In this document: positions 1 to 8,405 of the stretch, one piece after another
Numbering within the stretch: position 1 is the first letter of the stretch
Layout of the letters: every line of letters begins with the position of its first letter
DNA from: Acidobacteriota bacterium
GTDB lineage: Bacteria > Acidobacteriota > Polarisedimenticolia > CBDVAL01
Direction of reading: 5' to 3'
Length of the DNA: 33,460 nt
Assembly (NCBI GenBank): GCA_050115015.1
Contig: JASFRI010000001.1
Coordinates: forward strand, 1 to 33,460
Notes under the pieces: model-generated
Databases searched by the model: none
Told to the model about the DNA's origin: nothing
What the model saw: only the letters and a program-made list of their open reading frames with translations
Made by a program: the position numbers and the translations under genes

Positions 1-19
1 CCGCCCGCGCGCCGGGGAG

Positions 20-39
20 GACTTTTCACGTGAAAAGTC
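20..39. repeat. Perfect 20-bp palindrome GACTTTTCACGTGAAAAGTC, copy 1 (operator-like)
   Basis: Read directly: the sequence equals its own reverse complement. It has an AT-rich core in a GC-rich context, and an identical copy lies 37 bp downstream. Confidence 0.9.
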
Positions 40-56
40 GGGAGGGGGCGCCGGGA

Positions 57-76
57 GACTTTTCACGTGAAAAGTC
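57..76. repeat. Perfect 20-bp palindrome GACTTTTCACGTGAAAAGTC, copy 2
   Basis: Identical to 20-39. Both copies are preceded by GGGAG and followed by GG. Confidence 0.9.
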
Positions 77-244
77 GGCCGTTCATCGTCATATATTCGT
101 ATCATGGATGTCTAATTTTCGTATCATCCCCGAGGCCCGCCGACGCCGATGCCGGATCGAGCTTGCGTCTGGGGAACTTGCTCCCCGCGCCCGCCGCGAG
201 GCACGCAGAGGCGCCGGGCCAGGGAGCGGCACGCCGCCATCGGG

Positions 245-439
245 TCAGGGCTCCGCGGACCCGGGACCGGAGGCGGAAACCACGGCCCCGGAGCCGGCAT
301 CGAGCGGAGGCGGCTCGCCCCCCTCCACCGGCAGCCCCGCCGCCGTCCAGGCCTCCAGGCCGCCGTGCAGCGGACGGACCCGCCCGAACCCCCGGCTCCG
401 CAGCTTCAGCGCCGCCCGGGCGCTGGAGGCCTCGCCGGG
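245..439 (-). other. In-frame read-through extension of the DedA-rhodanese ORF. It encodes the missing C-terminal half of the rhodanese domain (candidate Sec recoding, or a pseudogene remnant).
   Basis: My own translation, in the same frame as 440-1237: PGEASSARAALKLRSRGFGRVRPLHGGLEAWTAAGLPVEGGEPPPLDAGSGAVVSASGPGSAEP, then TGA at 245-247. The motif GF..V..L.GG..AW..AGLPVE is the canonical rhodanese C-terminus. Confidence 0.6.
404..428 (-). promoter_or_regulatory. Candidate bacterial SECIS hairpin downstream of the in-frame UGA
   Basis: mRNA sense CUCCAGCGCC-CGGGC-GGCGCUGAAG forms a 10-bp stem with one C/A mismatch and a G-rich 5-nt loop. The stem starts after an 11-nt spacer (12th nt past the UGA). 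Confidence 0.4.
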
Positions 440-1237
440 TCAGGTGCAGTAGAGGGCGACCTCGCGATCCCGGGGCAGCTCCTCGATCCGCGCCTCCAGG
501 TCCTCGAACGGGATGTGAATCGCTCCCGGGATCCGGCGGGGGTCGCTCCGGAACTCCACCGCGTGCCGGACGTCCACCACCGCGATCGGCTCGCCGTCGC
601 GGAGTCGCCGGTGCAGCTCCACCGCGGGGATGCGCGCCATCCGCAACTCCCGGAGGAAACGGTGGCGGCGGTACCAGCGCCACAGCACGTATCCGGCCAG
701 CGTCGCCACGCCGATGCCGGCCAGCCCCAAGCCGAGACGCCCGATCCGGTCGAGGAGCCAGTCGATCTGATCGTGGAAGGCATGGCCGAGCCCGACGAAC
801 GTCACGACCCAGAGGGCCGACCCGAGGGTGTCGAAGATCAGGAACCGGGCCGTGGGCATCCGCAGCATTCCCGCCATCGGGACCGCCGCGACGCTCAGCG
901 GGGGCAGGAACTTCGCCAGCAGCAGCGATCGTGCCCCCATCCGGGCGAAGACCCGCTCGCTCCGCCGGACACAGGAGTCCGGCTCCAGGGAGATGCGGCA
1001 GATCCAGCGCATCACCATCCCCCCGCGGGCCCTCCCGATCCGGAACCAGACGACGTCCGCCAGCAGGCAGGCGGTGAGGGACAGGAGCAGGACCGCCCAG
1101 AGGCTCATCGAGCCCGACCGCACCAGCGCCCCCGCGCCGACCAGGATCGGGATCGCCGGCAGCGGCAGGCCGCCACGCTCGGCGAGAACGAGCAGGAAGA
1201 GGATGAGATAGCCGTACTGCTCGAGGAACGGGATCAT
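440..1237 (-). CDS. DedA/VTT-family membrane domain fused to a C-terminal rhodanese domain. This is the conventional ORF, which stops at TGA 440-442 inside the rhodanese active-site loop.
   Basis: The N-terminus MIPFLEQYGYLILFLLVLAERGGLPLP and several hydrophobic segments are typical of DedA. The C-terminal part IAVVDVRHAVEFRSDPRRIPGAIHIPFEDL...REVALYCT is the first half of a rhodanese fold and ends right after the catalytic-loop Cys. Confidence 0.85.
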   Translation of the reverse strand: MIPFLEQYGYLILFLLVLAERGGLPLPAIPILVGAGALVRSGSMSLWAVLLLSLTACLLADVVWFRIGRARGGMVMRWICRISLEPDSCVRRSERVFARMGARSLLLAKFLPPLSVAAVPMAGMLRMPTARFLIFDTLGSALWVVTFVGLGHAFHDQIDWLLDRIGRLGLGLAGIGVATLAGYVLWRWYRRHRFLRELRMARIPAVELHRRLRDGEPIAVVDVRHAVEFRSDPRRIPGAIHIPFEDLEARIEELPRDREVALYCT

Positions 1238-1353
1238 GGCGGCTCTCGGGATCGGCGCCCGGATTCTACACCCGTCTGCGCGGTACGGGCCCGTGGATCG
1301 GTCCGACGCGTCCGGTGAGGGCGCCGCCGCGCCTCGAACCGGGAGAACCCGCG

Positions 1354-2034
1354 TCAGGGTTCCGGGGACCCGGTGGGATCCGAGGCCGTCCCCAGGACGA
1401 CCAGCGGCGAGGCCGACCGGCCGGGCAGCGGATGGCAGGCGATCTCGCGCAAGGCGCCGGGGAGCGCGGCGCGCACCGCGCGGGCCCCCGCCTGCCCGAG
1501 AAACAGCAGCAGCCGGCCTCCCGGGCGCAGGGCGCCGGCGATCGCCTCCAGGAGTCCGGCGCTCCCCGCCACCGCCCGCAGGGTCAGCACGTCGATCGGC
1601 GCGTGGCGGGCCACGTCCTCCGGCCGGCCCATCCGGTCGGACAGCACCCGGACGCGCTCCCCGAGGCCGGCCTCCCGCACGACCTCCTTCAGGAACGCCC
1701 GCTTGCGGGACGCCGGCTCCAGCAGCGTGCCGCGCAGGTCGGGACGCGCCATCAGGAGCGGTAGCCCGGGGAACCCACCGCCGGAGCCGACGTCGATCAG
1801 GTGCCGGATCGCCCCCCCGGCCGCCGGCAGGAAACGCAGCCCCTCGAGGGACTCCAGGAAGTGGCGTTCCAGGATCGCCGACCGCGAGCGCAGCGACGTC
1901 AGCTTCGCCGTGGGATTCCAGCGATCGAGGAGCTCCAGGTGGAGCGCCATGTGGCGAGCGGCCACGGGATCGAGGCGGAGTCCGCGCGCCGCGGCGAGCT
2001 CGAGGAGCCCTGCGGCGACCGCGGCGCGGCTCAC
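1354..2034 (-). CDS. rsmG: 16S rRNA (guanine527-N7)-methyltransferase RsmG (GidB)
   Basis: SAM motif IDVGSGGGFPGLPL and position directly after mnmG. I chose the GTG start at 2034 because it forms a GTGA overlap with the mnmG stop. The longer ORF reaching 2301 lies inside mnmG. Confidence 0.85.
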   Translation of the reverse strand: MSRAAVAAGLLELAAARGLRLDPVAARHMALHLELLDRWNPTAKLTSLRSRSAILERHFLESLEGLRFLPAAGGAIRHLIDVGSGGGFPGLPLLMARPDLRGTLLEPASRKRAFLKEVVREAGLGERVRVLSDRMGRPEDVARHAPIDVLTLRAVAGSAGLLEAIAGALRPGGRLLLFLGQAGARAVRAALPGALREIACHPLPGRSASPLVVLGTASDPTGSPEP

Positions 2035-3944
2035 CGTGGAACGTCCCCCTCCGCGGCGCGCTCGGCCCGGGCCAGATGGACGTCCAGCGCCGCCAGCGCC
2101 GCGGGGGTCAGTCCGGGGATCCTCGAGGCCTGCCCGAGCGTCCGTGGCCGGACCTCCTCGAGCTTCTCCACCGACTCCGCCGAGATCCCGCCCAGGTCCC
2201 GGTAGCGGAAGCCCGCCGGGATGGACCGGGCCTCCGCCGCCGCGAGCCGGCGGATCTCCCGCTCCTGGCGCTTCAGGTAGCCGCCGTACTTCGCGCGGCA
2301 CTCGACGTGGCCGCGTCCCGGGCCGTCCAGCCGGCGCAGCGGGCTGTCCTCACCCGGCGGCAGCAGGGCCAGGATGTCCTCGACCGCGACGCCGTCCCGG
2401 GCCAGGAGCCGCTCCGCCGGGATCGGCCTCTCCCCCAGCTCCAGGCCGGCCTCCTCCCGCGCGCGACGGCGCATGGAGGCCGAGGGGGCGATGGTCCGGC
2501 TCCCGAGCCACGCCAGGGCCCGGTCGGAGCGCTCCCGCCGGTCGCGGTAGCGCTCCCAGGCGGTGTCGTCCACCAGCCCGATCCGGCGCCCGTGGGGCGT
2601 CAGCCTGCGGTCGGCGCTGTCGACGTCCAGCAGGAGCCGGTGCTCGGCGCGGGACGTGAACATGCGGTAAGGCTCCGGGGCCCCCCGGGTGATCAGGTCA
2701 TCGACCATCACGCCGAGGTACCCCTCTTCCCGGCCCGGGATGAAGGAGGGGCACGCTCCGGCCCGGGCCGCCGCGTTGATCCCGGCCAGCAGCCCCAGGC
2801 CGGCAGCCTCCTCGTAGCCGGTGGTGCCGTCGATCTGGCCGGCGAGAAAGAGCCCGGGAATTTCCCGGGCCGCCAGGTCCGGGCCCAGGGACCGCGGATC
2901 GAAGAAGTCGTACTCGACGAGGTAGCCCGCGCGCAGCACCTCCGCGTCCTCCAGCCCCGGCAGGCTCCGGACGATGCGACGCTGGACCCGCTCGGGAAGG
3001 CTGGTGGACAGGCCGTTGACGTAGACGACGTCCGACGCGTATCCCTCCGGCTCCAGGATGAGGGGGTGGGAAGCACGATCCGGGAAGCGCACGACCTTGT
3101 CCTCGAGGGAGGGGCAGTAGCGGGGCCCCCGGGAGTCGATCGCGCCGTTGAACAGCGGCGAGAGGTGCAGGTGCTCACGGACCAGGTCGTGGGCGGCGGC
3201 GACGGTCCGCGCCCGGAAGCAGGCGATCTGCGGGCGGTCGATCGTCGCGGTGCCGAACGAGAAGGGGACCGGACGCGGGTCGCCGGACTGCGCCTCCAGG
3301 CGGTCGAGGTCGATCGTCCGGAGGCTGAGGCGCGGCGACGTCCCGGTCTTCAGGCGACCGCGCCGGAGCCCCAGGGCCGCCAGCGAGTCCGACAGGCGGG
3401 TCGACGCCGGTTCCCCGATACGCCCCCCCGCGCGGCTCCGGGTGCCGACGTGGAGGCGGCCGCGCAGGAACGTCCCCGAGGTGATCACCAGTGCCCGGCA
3501 GGCGATCGACCCGCCGTCCTCGAGGGCAATGCCCGCGACGCGGCGCCCCGTCCCCGGGCGGTGGACGAGCACCTCCGCCGCCAGCCCCTCGACGACCCGG
3601 AGACGCGGCTGTTCGGCGATGGCGCGCTGCATCCGGGAAGCGTAGACCGCCCGGTCCATCTGGGCGCGGGGCCCGCGCACCGCCGGGCCGCGGCTGCGGT
3701 TCAGCAGGCGGAACTGGATGCCGGTGTCGTCCGCGGCGCGCCCCATCTCCCCGCCGAGGGCGTCGATCTCGCGCACCAGGTGGCCCTTCCCCAGGCCGCC
3801 GATGGCCGGATTGCAGGACATCCGGGCGATGGCGTCCCGTCGCGGCGTGACCAGGACGGTGTCGCAGCCCAGCCGGGCCGCCGCCAGGGCCGCCTCGCAG
3901 CCGGCGTGCCCGCCCCCCACCACGACGACGTCGGCCCGCATCAC
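2031..3944 (-). CDS. mnmG: tRNA uridine-5-carboxymethylaminomethyl modification enzyme MnmG (GidA)
   Basis: 637 aa, with the FAD motif DVVVVGGGHAGCEAA and GidA-typical PRYCPSLEDK and GTTGYEEAA motifs. Confidence 0.95.
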   Translation of the reverse strand: MMRADVVVVGGGHAGCEAALAAARLGCDTVLVTPRRDAIARMSCNPAIGGLGKGHLVREIDALGGEMGRAADDTGIQFRLLNRSRGPAVRGPRAQMDRAVYASRMQRAIAEQPRLRVVEGLAAEVLVHRPGTGRRVAGIALEDGGSIACRALVITSGTFLRGRLHVGTRSRAGGRIGEPASTRLSDSLAALGLRRGRLKTGTSPRLSLRTIDLDRLEAQSGDPRPVPFSFGTATIDRPQIACFRARTVAAAHDLVREHLHLSPLFNGAIDSRGPRYCPSLEDKVVRFPDRASHPLILEPEGYASDVVYVNGLSTSLPERVQRRIVRSLPGLEDAEVLRAGYLVEYDFFDPRSLGPDLAAREIPGLFLAGQIDGTTGYEEAAGLGLLAGINAAARAGACPSFIPGREEGYLGVMVDDLITRGAPEPYRMFTSRAEHRLLLDVDSADRRLTPHGRRIGLVDDTAWERYRDRRERSDRALAWLGSRTIAPSASMRRRAREEAGLELGERPIPAERLLARDGVAVEDILALLPPGEDSPLRRLDGPGRGHVECRAKYGGYLKRQEREIRRLAAAEARSIPAGFRYRDLGGISAESVEKLEEVRPRTLGQASRIPGLTPAALAALDVHLARAERAAEGDVPR

Positions 3945-5311
3945 TTGCCGATGCAGAAGGTGGAAAAGATCCGGTCGTAGATCTCCTCCCCGCCCATCTC
4001 CCCGGTCAGCCGCCCGAGGGCGACGGCGGCGGCCTCCAGATCCGTGAGCAGCAGCTCCTCGCCGCGACCCTCCAGGGCTGCCGCCCGGGCCCGCCCGAGG
4101 GCCTCGAGGCAGGCGACGACCTCGCGCTGCTGGCGGCGCCGGGTCAGGGGAACGTCACCCCCCTCCGCGACGTGGGGGAGGTACCGGCCGATGGCCGCGA
4201 GCAGCGCGTCGATCCCCTCCCCCGTGCGCGCGGAGACCTCGATCACCTCGCCGCGGGTCATCCTGGCACGCAGGACGGCCGCATCGACCCCGGGCGTCAG
4301 GTCCCGCTTGCTGACCAGCACGAGCGTGTCCGGGGAGGACTCGTCCAGGAGCGCGAGATCCTCCGGGCCCGGAGGCCGGGAACCATCGACCACGAGGAGG
4401 ACGAGGTCCGCGCCGCGGCGCGCCTCGTCCGCCCGGCGCACCCCTTCCGCCTCGATCCGGTCGCCCGCCTCGCCGCGACCCGCGGTGTCCACCAGCTGCA
4501 GCGGGACGCCGGCCACCTCGACCGTCTCGGAGACCAGGTCCCGGGTCGTGCCAGGCGTCTCCGTGACGATGGCACGGTCATGGCCCACGAGCCGGTTGAA
4601 GAGACTCGACTTCCCCGCGTTCGGGGTGCCCGCGATCACCACGGTGGCGCCGCTCCGGAGCAGGCGGCCGCGGGTGAAGGACCTCTCGAGCTCCTGCAGT
4701 GGCGCCGTGATCGCATCCAGCCGCCCGAGGATCTCCGGCCGCATGATCGTGGTGTCGTCCTCGTCCGGGAACTCGAGGGAGGCCTCGAGCCGCGCCACGA
4801 GGTCGACGAGCGCCTCCCGCGGGCCGGAGAGCCGGCGGGAAAGCGCCCCCTCCGCCTGCTGGAACGCGGTGCGGGCCTGGTGCAGGGTGCGGGCCGCGAC
4901 GAGGTCGTCGATCCCCTCGGCCTGGGTCAGGTCGAGGCGCCCGTTGCGGAACGCCCGGTACGTGAACTCCCCCGGCTCCGCCATGCGGGCACCGGCCGCC
5001 ACCGCCGCGTCCAGGAGCCGGCCGAGGAGGTAGGGGGACCCGTGCAGGGTGATCTCGACGGTGTCCTCACCGGTGAACGACCGGGGTCGACGGAAGAAGA
5101 CCAAGAAGCCCCGGTCCAGGGGAGCGCCGTCCGGGTCGAGCGCCGTGCCAAAGCTCGCCCGGGCGTGCCCGGGTCGGACGGCATCCCGGCTCGGGCGGAA
5201 CACTGCGGCACCGACCGCCTCCGCGTCGGGACCGCTGATCCGCACGGTGCCCATCCCCCCGCGGCCCGGCGGCGTCGCCACGGCGGCGATGGTCCCACCG
5301 TCGTCGATCAC
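3941..5311 (-). CDS. mnmE: tRNA modification GTPase MnmE (TrmE)
   Basis: 456 aa, with the G1 motif GTPNAGKSSLFN, DTAG, and the diagnostic C-terminal FCIGK. It overlaps mnmG by ATGA. Confidence 0.95.
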   Translation of the reverse strand: MIDDGGTIAAVATPPGRGGMGTVRISGPDAEAVGAAVFRPSRDAVRPGHARASFGTALDPDGAPLDRGFLVFFRRPRSFTGEDTVEITLHGSPYLLGRLLDAAVAAGARMAEPGEFTYRAFRNGRLDLTQAEGIDDLVAARTLHQARTAFQQAEGALSRRLSGPREALVDLVARLEASLEFPDEDDTTIMRPEILGRLDAITAPLQELERSFTRGRLLRSGATVVIAGTPNAGKSSLFNRLVGHDRAIVTETPGTTRDLVSETVEVAGVPLQLVDTAGRGEAGDRIEAEGVRRADEARRGADLVLLVVDGSRPPGPEDLALLDESSPDTLVLVSKRDLTPGVDAAVLRARMTRGEVIEVSARTGEGIDALLAAIGRYLPHVAEGGDVPLTRRRQQREVVACLEALGRARAAALEGRGEELLLTDLEAAAVALGRLTGEMGGEEIYDRIFSTFCIGK

Positions 5312-5345
5312 CGGCGCACCGGGATCGGACGGGAGCCCCGGCCCC

Positions 5346-6509
5346 TCAGCGTCGCCCTCCCCGGTTGCGGGGGCGGCGACGGCGACGGGAGGGGCCCCGC
5401 CGATCCCCGCCGCCCTCGCGCGCGGCCCGGGGCGTCGTGATCTCCACCCGCTTCAGGAAGGAATCGCCGTGGCTGACGGTGGTGACATCCGGATCGTCCC
5501 TCAGGGCGAGGTGGATCAGCCGTCGCTCGAACGGGTTCATCGGGCCGAGGGTCTCGGGCCTTCCGGTCTCCCGGACTTGACGCGCCGCCTCCTTCGCCTC
5601 GGCGACCAGCCGGTCCTGCCGCTCCTTGCGATAGCCGTTGACGTCCAGCACGAGGCGCGCGGGTCCGCCTCGGTAGACCATCTTGTTGAGCAGGAACTGC
5701 AGGGCGTTCAGGCCCTCGCCGCGCTCCCCGAGCAGGAACTCGCCGTCGTCGCCGTCCATCGGGATGTAGACGTGATCCTCCTGGAGCTCGTAGTCGATGT
5801 CGAGCTCCATGCCGAGGTCGTGGATCAACGGCGGCAGCATCTCCCGGGCCCGATCCAGCCCCGTCTGGAGCTCCTCCGGATCGGGGCCGGCGGGCGCGGG
5901 CCGCGAGGGCCGGCCCGCCCGGGGACGCGAGCGGCGGGGACGCTCCTCCTCGGGCTCGAGGTCCCCGTCCCGGTCCCGCCCCTCGTCATCGTCCGGCTCC
6001 TCGTCCTCGTCCCGCTCCTCGTCCACCTCCTGGTCGACGTCCTCCACCTCCGCGCGACGGGGTCCCGGCCGCCTGCGGGCGTGCCGGGCCTCCTCGATGG
6101 GATCATCCGCCTCTTCGTCCAGGTCCGCGCCGGACGCGGCGATCGGTGCGAGGTCCTCCTCCTCGTCCTCCTCTTCCTCCTCTTCCGGAAGCTCCTCCGC
6201 GTCCTCGTCGTCCAGCTCCTCCGCGGCGTCCTCCCCCTCGTCCGCAAACTCGTCCTCCTCCGCGGCCTCATCCTCCTCCGCGACCGGCTCCGGCCGGCGC
6301 GACGGCCTCGGCGCGGGGGCCGTCCGGCGCTCCGCGGCGGGCTCCTCGCCCGGGCCGAGGACCAGGATGCGGGCGGGCCTGGTATCGCGCACCCCACGGT
6401 CCAGGATCTTGTAGCGCATCTTGTCGATCTCGATCCCCATCTCCTGGGAGGCCGTCCAGACGGCGAGATCCACGCTCTTCCCCTCGAACTCCCTGCCTTG
6501 ATTCCCCAT
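5346..6509 (-). CDS. jag: Jag/KhpB RNA-binding protein (Jag_N + KH + R3H) with a long acidic insert
   Basis: N-terminal Jag_N-like segment (KSVDLAVWTASQEMGIEIDKMRYKIL). C-terminal R3H motif (PMNPFERRLIHLALRDDPDVTTVSHG). Sits downstream of yidC. Confidence 0.85.
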   Translation of the reverse strand: MGNQGREFEGKSVDLAVWTASQEMGIEIDKMRYKILDRGVRDTRPARILVLGPGEEPAAERRTAPAPRPSRRPEPVAEEDEAAEEDEFADEGEDAAEELDDEDAEELPEEEEEEDEEEDLAPIAASGADLDEEADDPIEEARHARRRPGPRRAEVEDVDQEVDEERDEDEEPDDDEGRDRDGDLEPEEERPRRSRPRAGRPSRPAPAGPDPEELQTGLDRAREMLPPLIHDLGMELDIDYELQEDHVYIPMDGDDGEFLLGERGEGLNALQFLLNKMVYRGGPARLVLDVNGYRKERQDRLVAEAKEAARQVRETGRPETLGPMNPFERRLIHLALRDDPDVTTVSHGDSFLKRVEITTPRAAREGGGDRRGPSRRRRRPRNRGGRR

Positions 6510-6569
6510 GTCTCTGACTCCGTGCGCCGGGCGCGGCGTGGAGGGGCTGCCGTCCGTCGACGGGCCCCT

Positions 6570-8390
6570 TCATGGCCGGGATACGGCCCGGGCCTTCTTG
6601 GGCTTCTCCCCGTCGGGATCGCCCTTTCTTGAGGACTTCGTTCGCTTCTTCCGGTTCTGCGGCTTCTGAGCTTCGTTCTCCTGATCCGCGCGGCGGTTCA
6701 CGAGGATCTGCTGCCCGATCCCCAGGACGTTGCTGAACAGCCAGTAGAGGACGAGACCGCTCGGGAGGTTCAGGAAGAACACCGTGAAGACCAGCGACAT
6801 CATGGTCATCATCCGGCGCTGGGCCGGGTCCACCGCCGAGGACATGCTGATCTTCGTCTGCAGCAGCATCGAGCCCCCCATGAGAAGGGGGGTCACGTAG
6901 TACGGGTCGGGATGCGAGAGGTCCTGGATCCATCCGAAGAACGGCGCCTGTCGCAGCTCGATGGTGGAGTAGAGCAGCTGGTAGAACCCGTACAGGAAGG
7001 GGAGCTGGACCAGGAGCGGAAGGCACCCGCCGAGACCTCCCAGCGGGTTGACGCCCTCCTTCCGGTAGAGCGCCATGATCTCCTCGTTCATCTTCTGGCG
7101 CAGCTCGAAGTCGTTCCCCTTCTTCTTGCGGCGCAGCTCCGCGTAGCGCTCCTTGATGGCCTTCATCTTCGGCTGGATGCGCTTCGTCTTGACCTGCATC
7201 TGCCGCATCTTGATCTGCGTGCGGTAGATGAGCGGGAAGAACCCCAGGCGGATCACGAAGGTCAGGATCAGGATGGCCACGCCGTAGTTCCCGACGTACC
7301 CGTAGACCCAGGTGAGGGCGAGGTAGAGGCCCTGGGCGATGTCTCGGATCACGGGCCATCCGAAGTTGATCGCGCGCTGCAGGTTGTGGCCTGAATCCCG
7401 GAGCAGCCGGTAGTCCTTGGGGCCGACGAAGATGGTGTAGTCCGGGGTCTCCGGGGCGACCTCGTCCCCGGGGGACAGGGCCAGGCTCAGGTAGGGAACG
7501 GGATCCGGCGGCTCCTCCTCGCCCGCCGGCGTGGGCGGCTGGAACGTCTCCGGCAGCAGCACCGCCTGCCGGCTCACCCCCGCGGGGATCATCAGGGCGC
7601 CGAAGTAGGTGGTCTCCATCCCCGCCCAGTCGATCTCGACGCCCCCGTCGAGCACGACGGGGTCCTCCTGCTTCCCCTTGCGGTAGCGGGTCACCGACCC
7701 GCCGCGGTCGATGATGGCCCCCCCGGCCTGCAGGAAGCGGGTGGCGGCCACGTCCCCCTCCGCCGTCTCCCCGAACCCGGCGCCCCAGGTCAGCCAGGCC
7801 GGCATCCTGCGGCCTCCCTCGAGCATCGAGACGTCGGCCTCGACAAAGTAGGAGCCGTCCGCGACGACCAGCGTCTTCTCCACCTGGAACCCCGAGGCCT
7901 CGGAGTAGGCGAGATGGACCTGGTGCCGCCCGTCGGGAAGCGTCGACTGCTCCACCTGGTAGAGACCCTGGTCCGCCCGCTCGATCAGGTCTTCGCGGCC
8001 GTCGACCCAGAGGGAGAGCGGGAGCTTCCCGAGGGTCCGGGATTCCGGGGGGACCAGCTCCACGGTCTGCCCGTCGGGGGAGGTGTACGCCAGCAGCTTC
8101 CAGGACAGCACGCGGCCGCCGCGGTTCGTCAGCGTGATCTCGTAGAGGTCGGTGCGGAGGACGATCTCCTCCTCGGCACGGGCCATCACGGCCTCGACCT
8201 CGGCCGGCGTCTCGACGACGGGCTCCGAGGCCGCGGGCTCCGTGGCCTCGGGCCCGGGAGACGCCTCGGTCGCCACCGCGGGCTCCGCCGGGGGCTGCGG
8301 AGGGGAGGGCGCAAAGAAGGACATCCAGAGGAACAGGAAGCCCAGGGAGAGCGCTACCGCGATCAGGCCGCGCTTTTCCAGATCGTCCAT
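6570..8390 (-). CDS. yidC: Membrane protein insertase YidC (long Gram-negative type with a periplasmic domain)
   Basis: 606 aa with an N-terminal TM segment, a large periplasmic domain, a conserved core (GCLPLLVQLPFLYGFY, LPSGLVLYW) and a basic C-terminal tail. Confidence 0.95.
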   Translation of the reverse strand: MDDLEKRGLIAVALSLGFLFLWMSFFAPSPPQPPAEPAVATEASPGPEATEPAASEPVVETPAEVEAVMARAEEEIVLRTDLYEITLTNRGGRVLSWKLLAYTSPDGQTVELVPPESRTLGKLPLSLWVDGREDLIERADQGLYQVEQSTLPDGRHQVHLAYSEASGFQVEKTLVVADGSYFVEADVSMLEGGRRMPAWLTWGAGFGETAEGDVAATRFLQAGGAIIDRGGSVTRYRKGKQEDPVVLDGGVEIDWAGMETTYFGALMIPAGVSRQAVLLPETFQPPTPAGEEEPPDPVPYLSLALSPGDEVAPETPDYTIFVGPKDYRLLRDSGHNLQRAINFGWPVIRDIAQGLYLALTWVYGYVGNYGVAILILTFVIRLGFFPLIYRTQIKMRQMQVKTKRIQPKMKAIKERYAELRRKKKGNDFELRQKMNEEIMALYRKEGVNPLGGLGGCLPLLVQLPFLYGFYQLLYSTIELRQAPFFGWIQDLSHPDPYYVTPLLMGGSMLLQTKISMSSAVDPAQRRMMTMMSLVFTVFFLNLPSGLVLYWLFSNVLGIGQQILVNRRADQENEAQKPQNRKKRTKSSRKGDPDGEKPKKARAVSRP

Positions 8391-8405
8391 TTCACCGGTT
8401 CCCGT

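Noticed and set aside
102-683. 193-aa minus-strand ORF overlapping the rhodanese 3-prime region, plus the plus-strand ORFs 30-452, 67-1077 and 149-1318
   Set aside because: They are in a different frame from the rhodanese read-through and have low-complexity Arg/Gly/Pro content. The conserved rhodanese C-terminus is only obtained in the frame of 440-1237.
1236-3980. 914-aa plus-strand ORF (and the nested 1373-2659, 3148-3645 and similar ORFs) opposite rsmG/mnmG
   Set aside because: Arg/Pro/Ala/Gly-rich low-complexity translation lying antisense to clearly conserved genes. This is the usual stop-codon-poor artefact of very GC-rich DNA.
5874-6356. CCTCCTC/GTCCTC-rich repetitive DNA, considered as a tandem repeat or CRISPR-like array
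   Set aside because: It is codon-level low complexity (Glu/Asp runs) inside the jag reading frame. There is no repeat-spacer periodicity.
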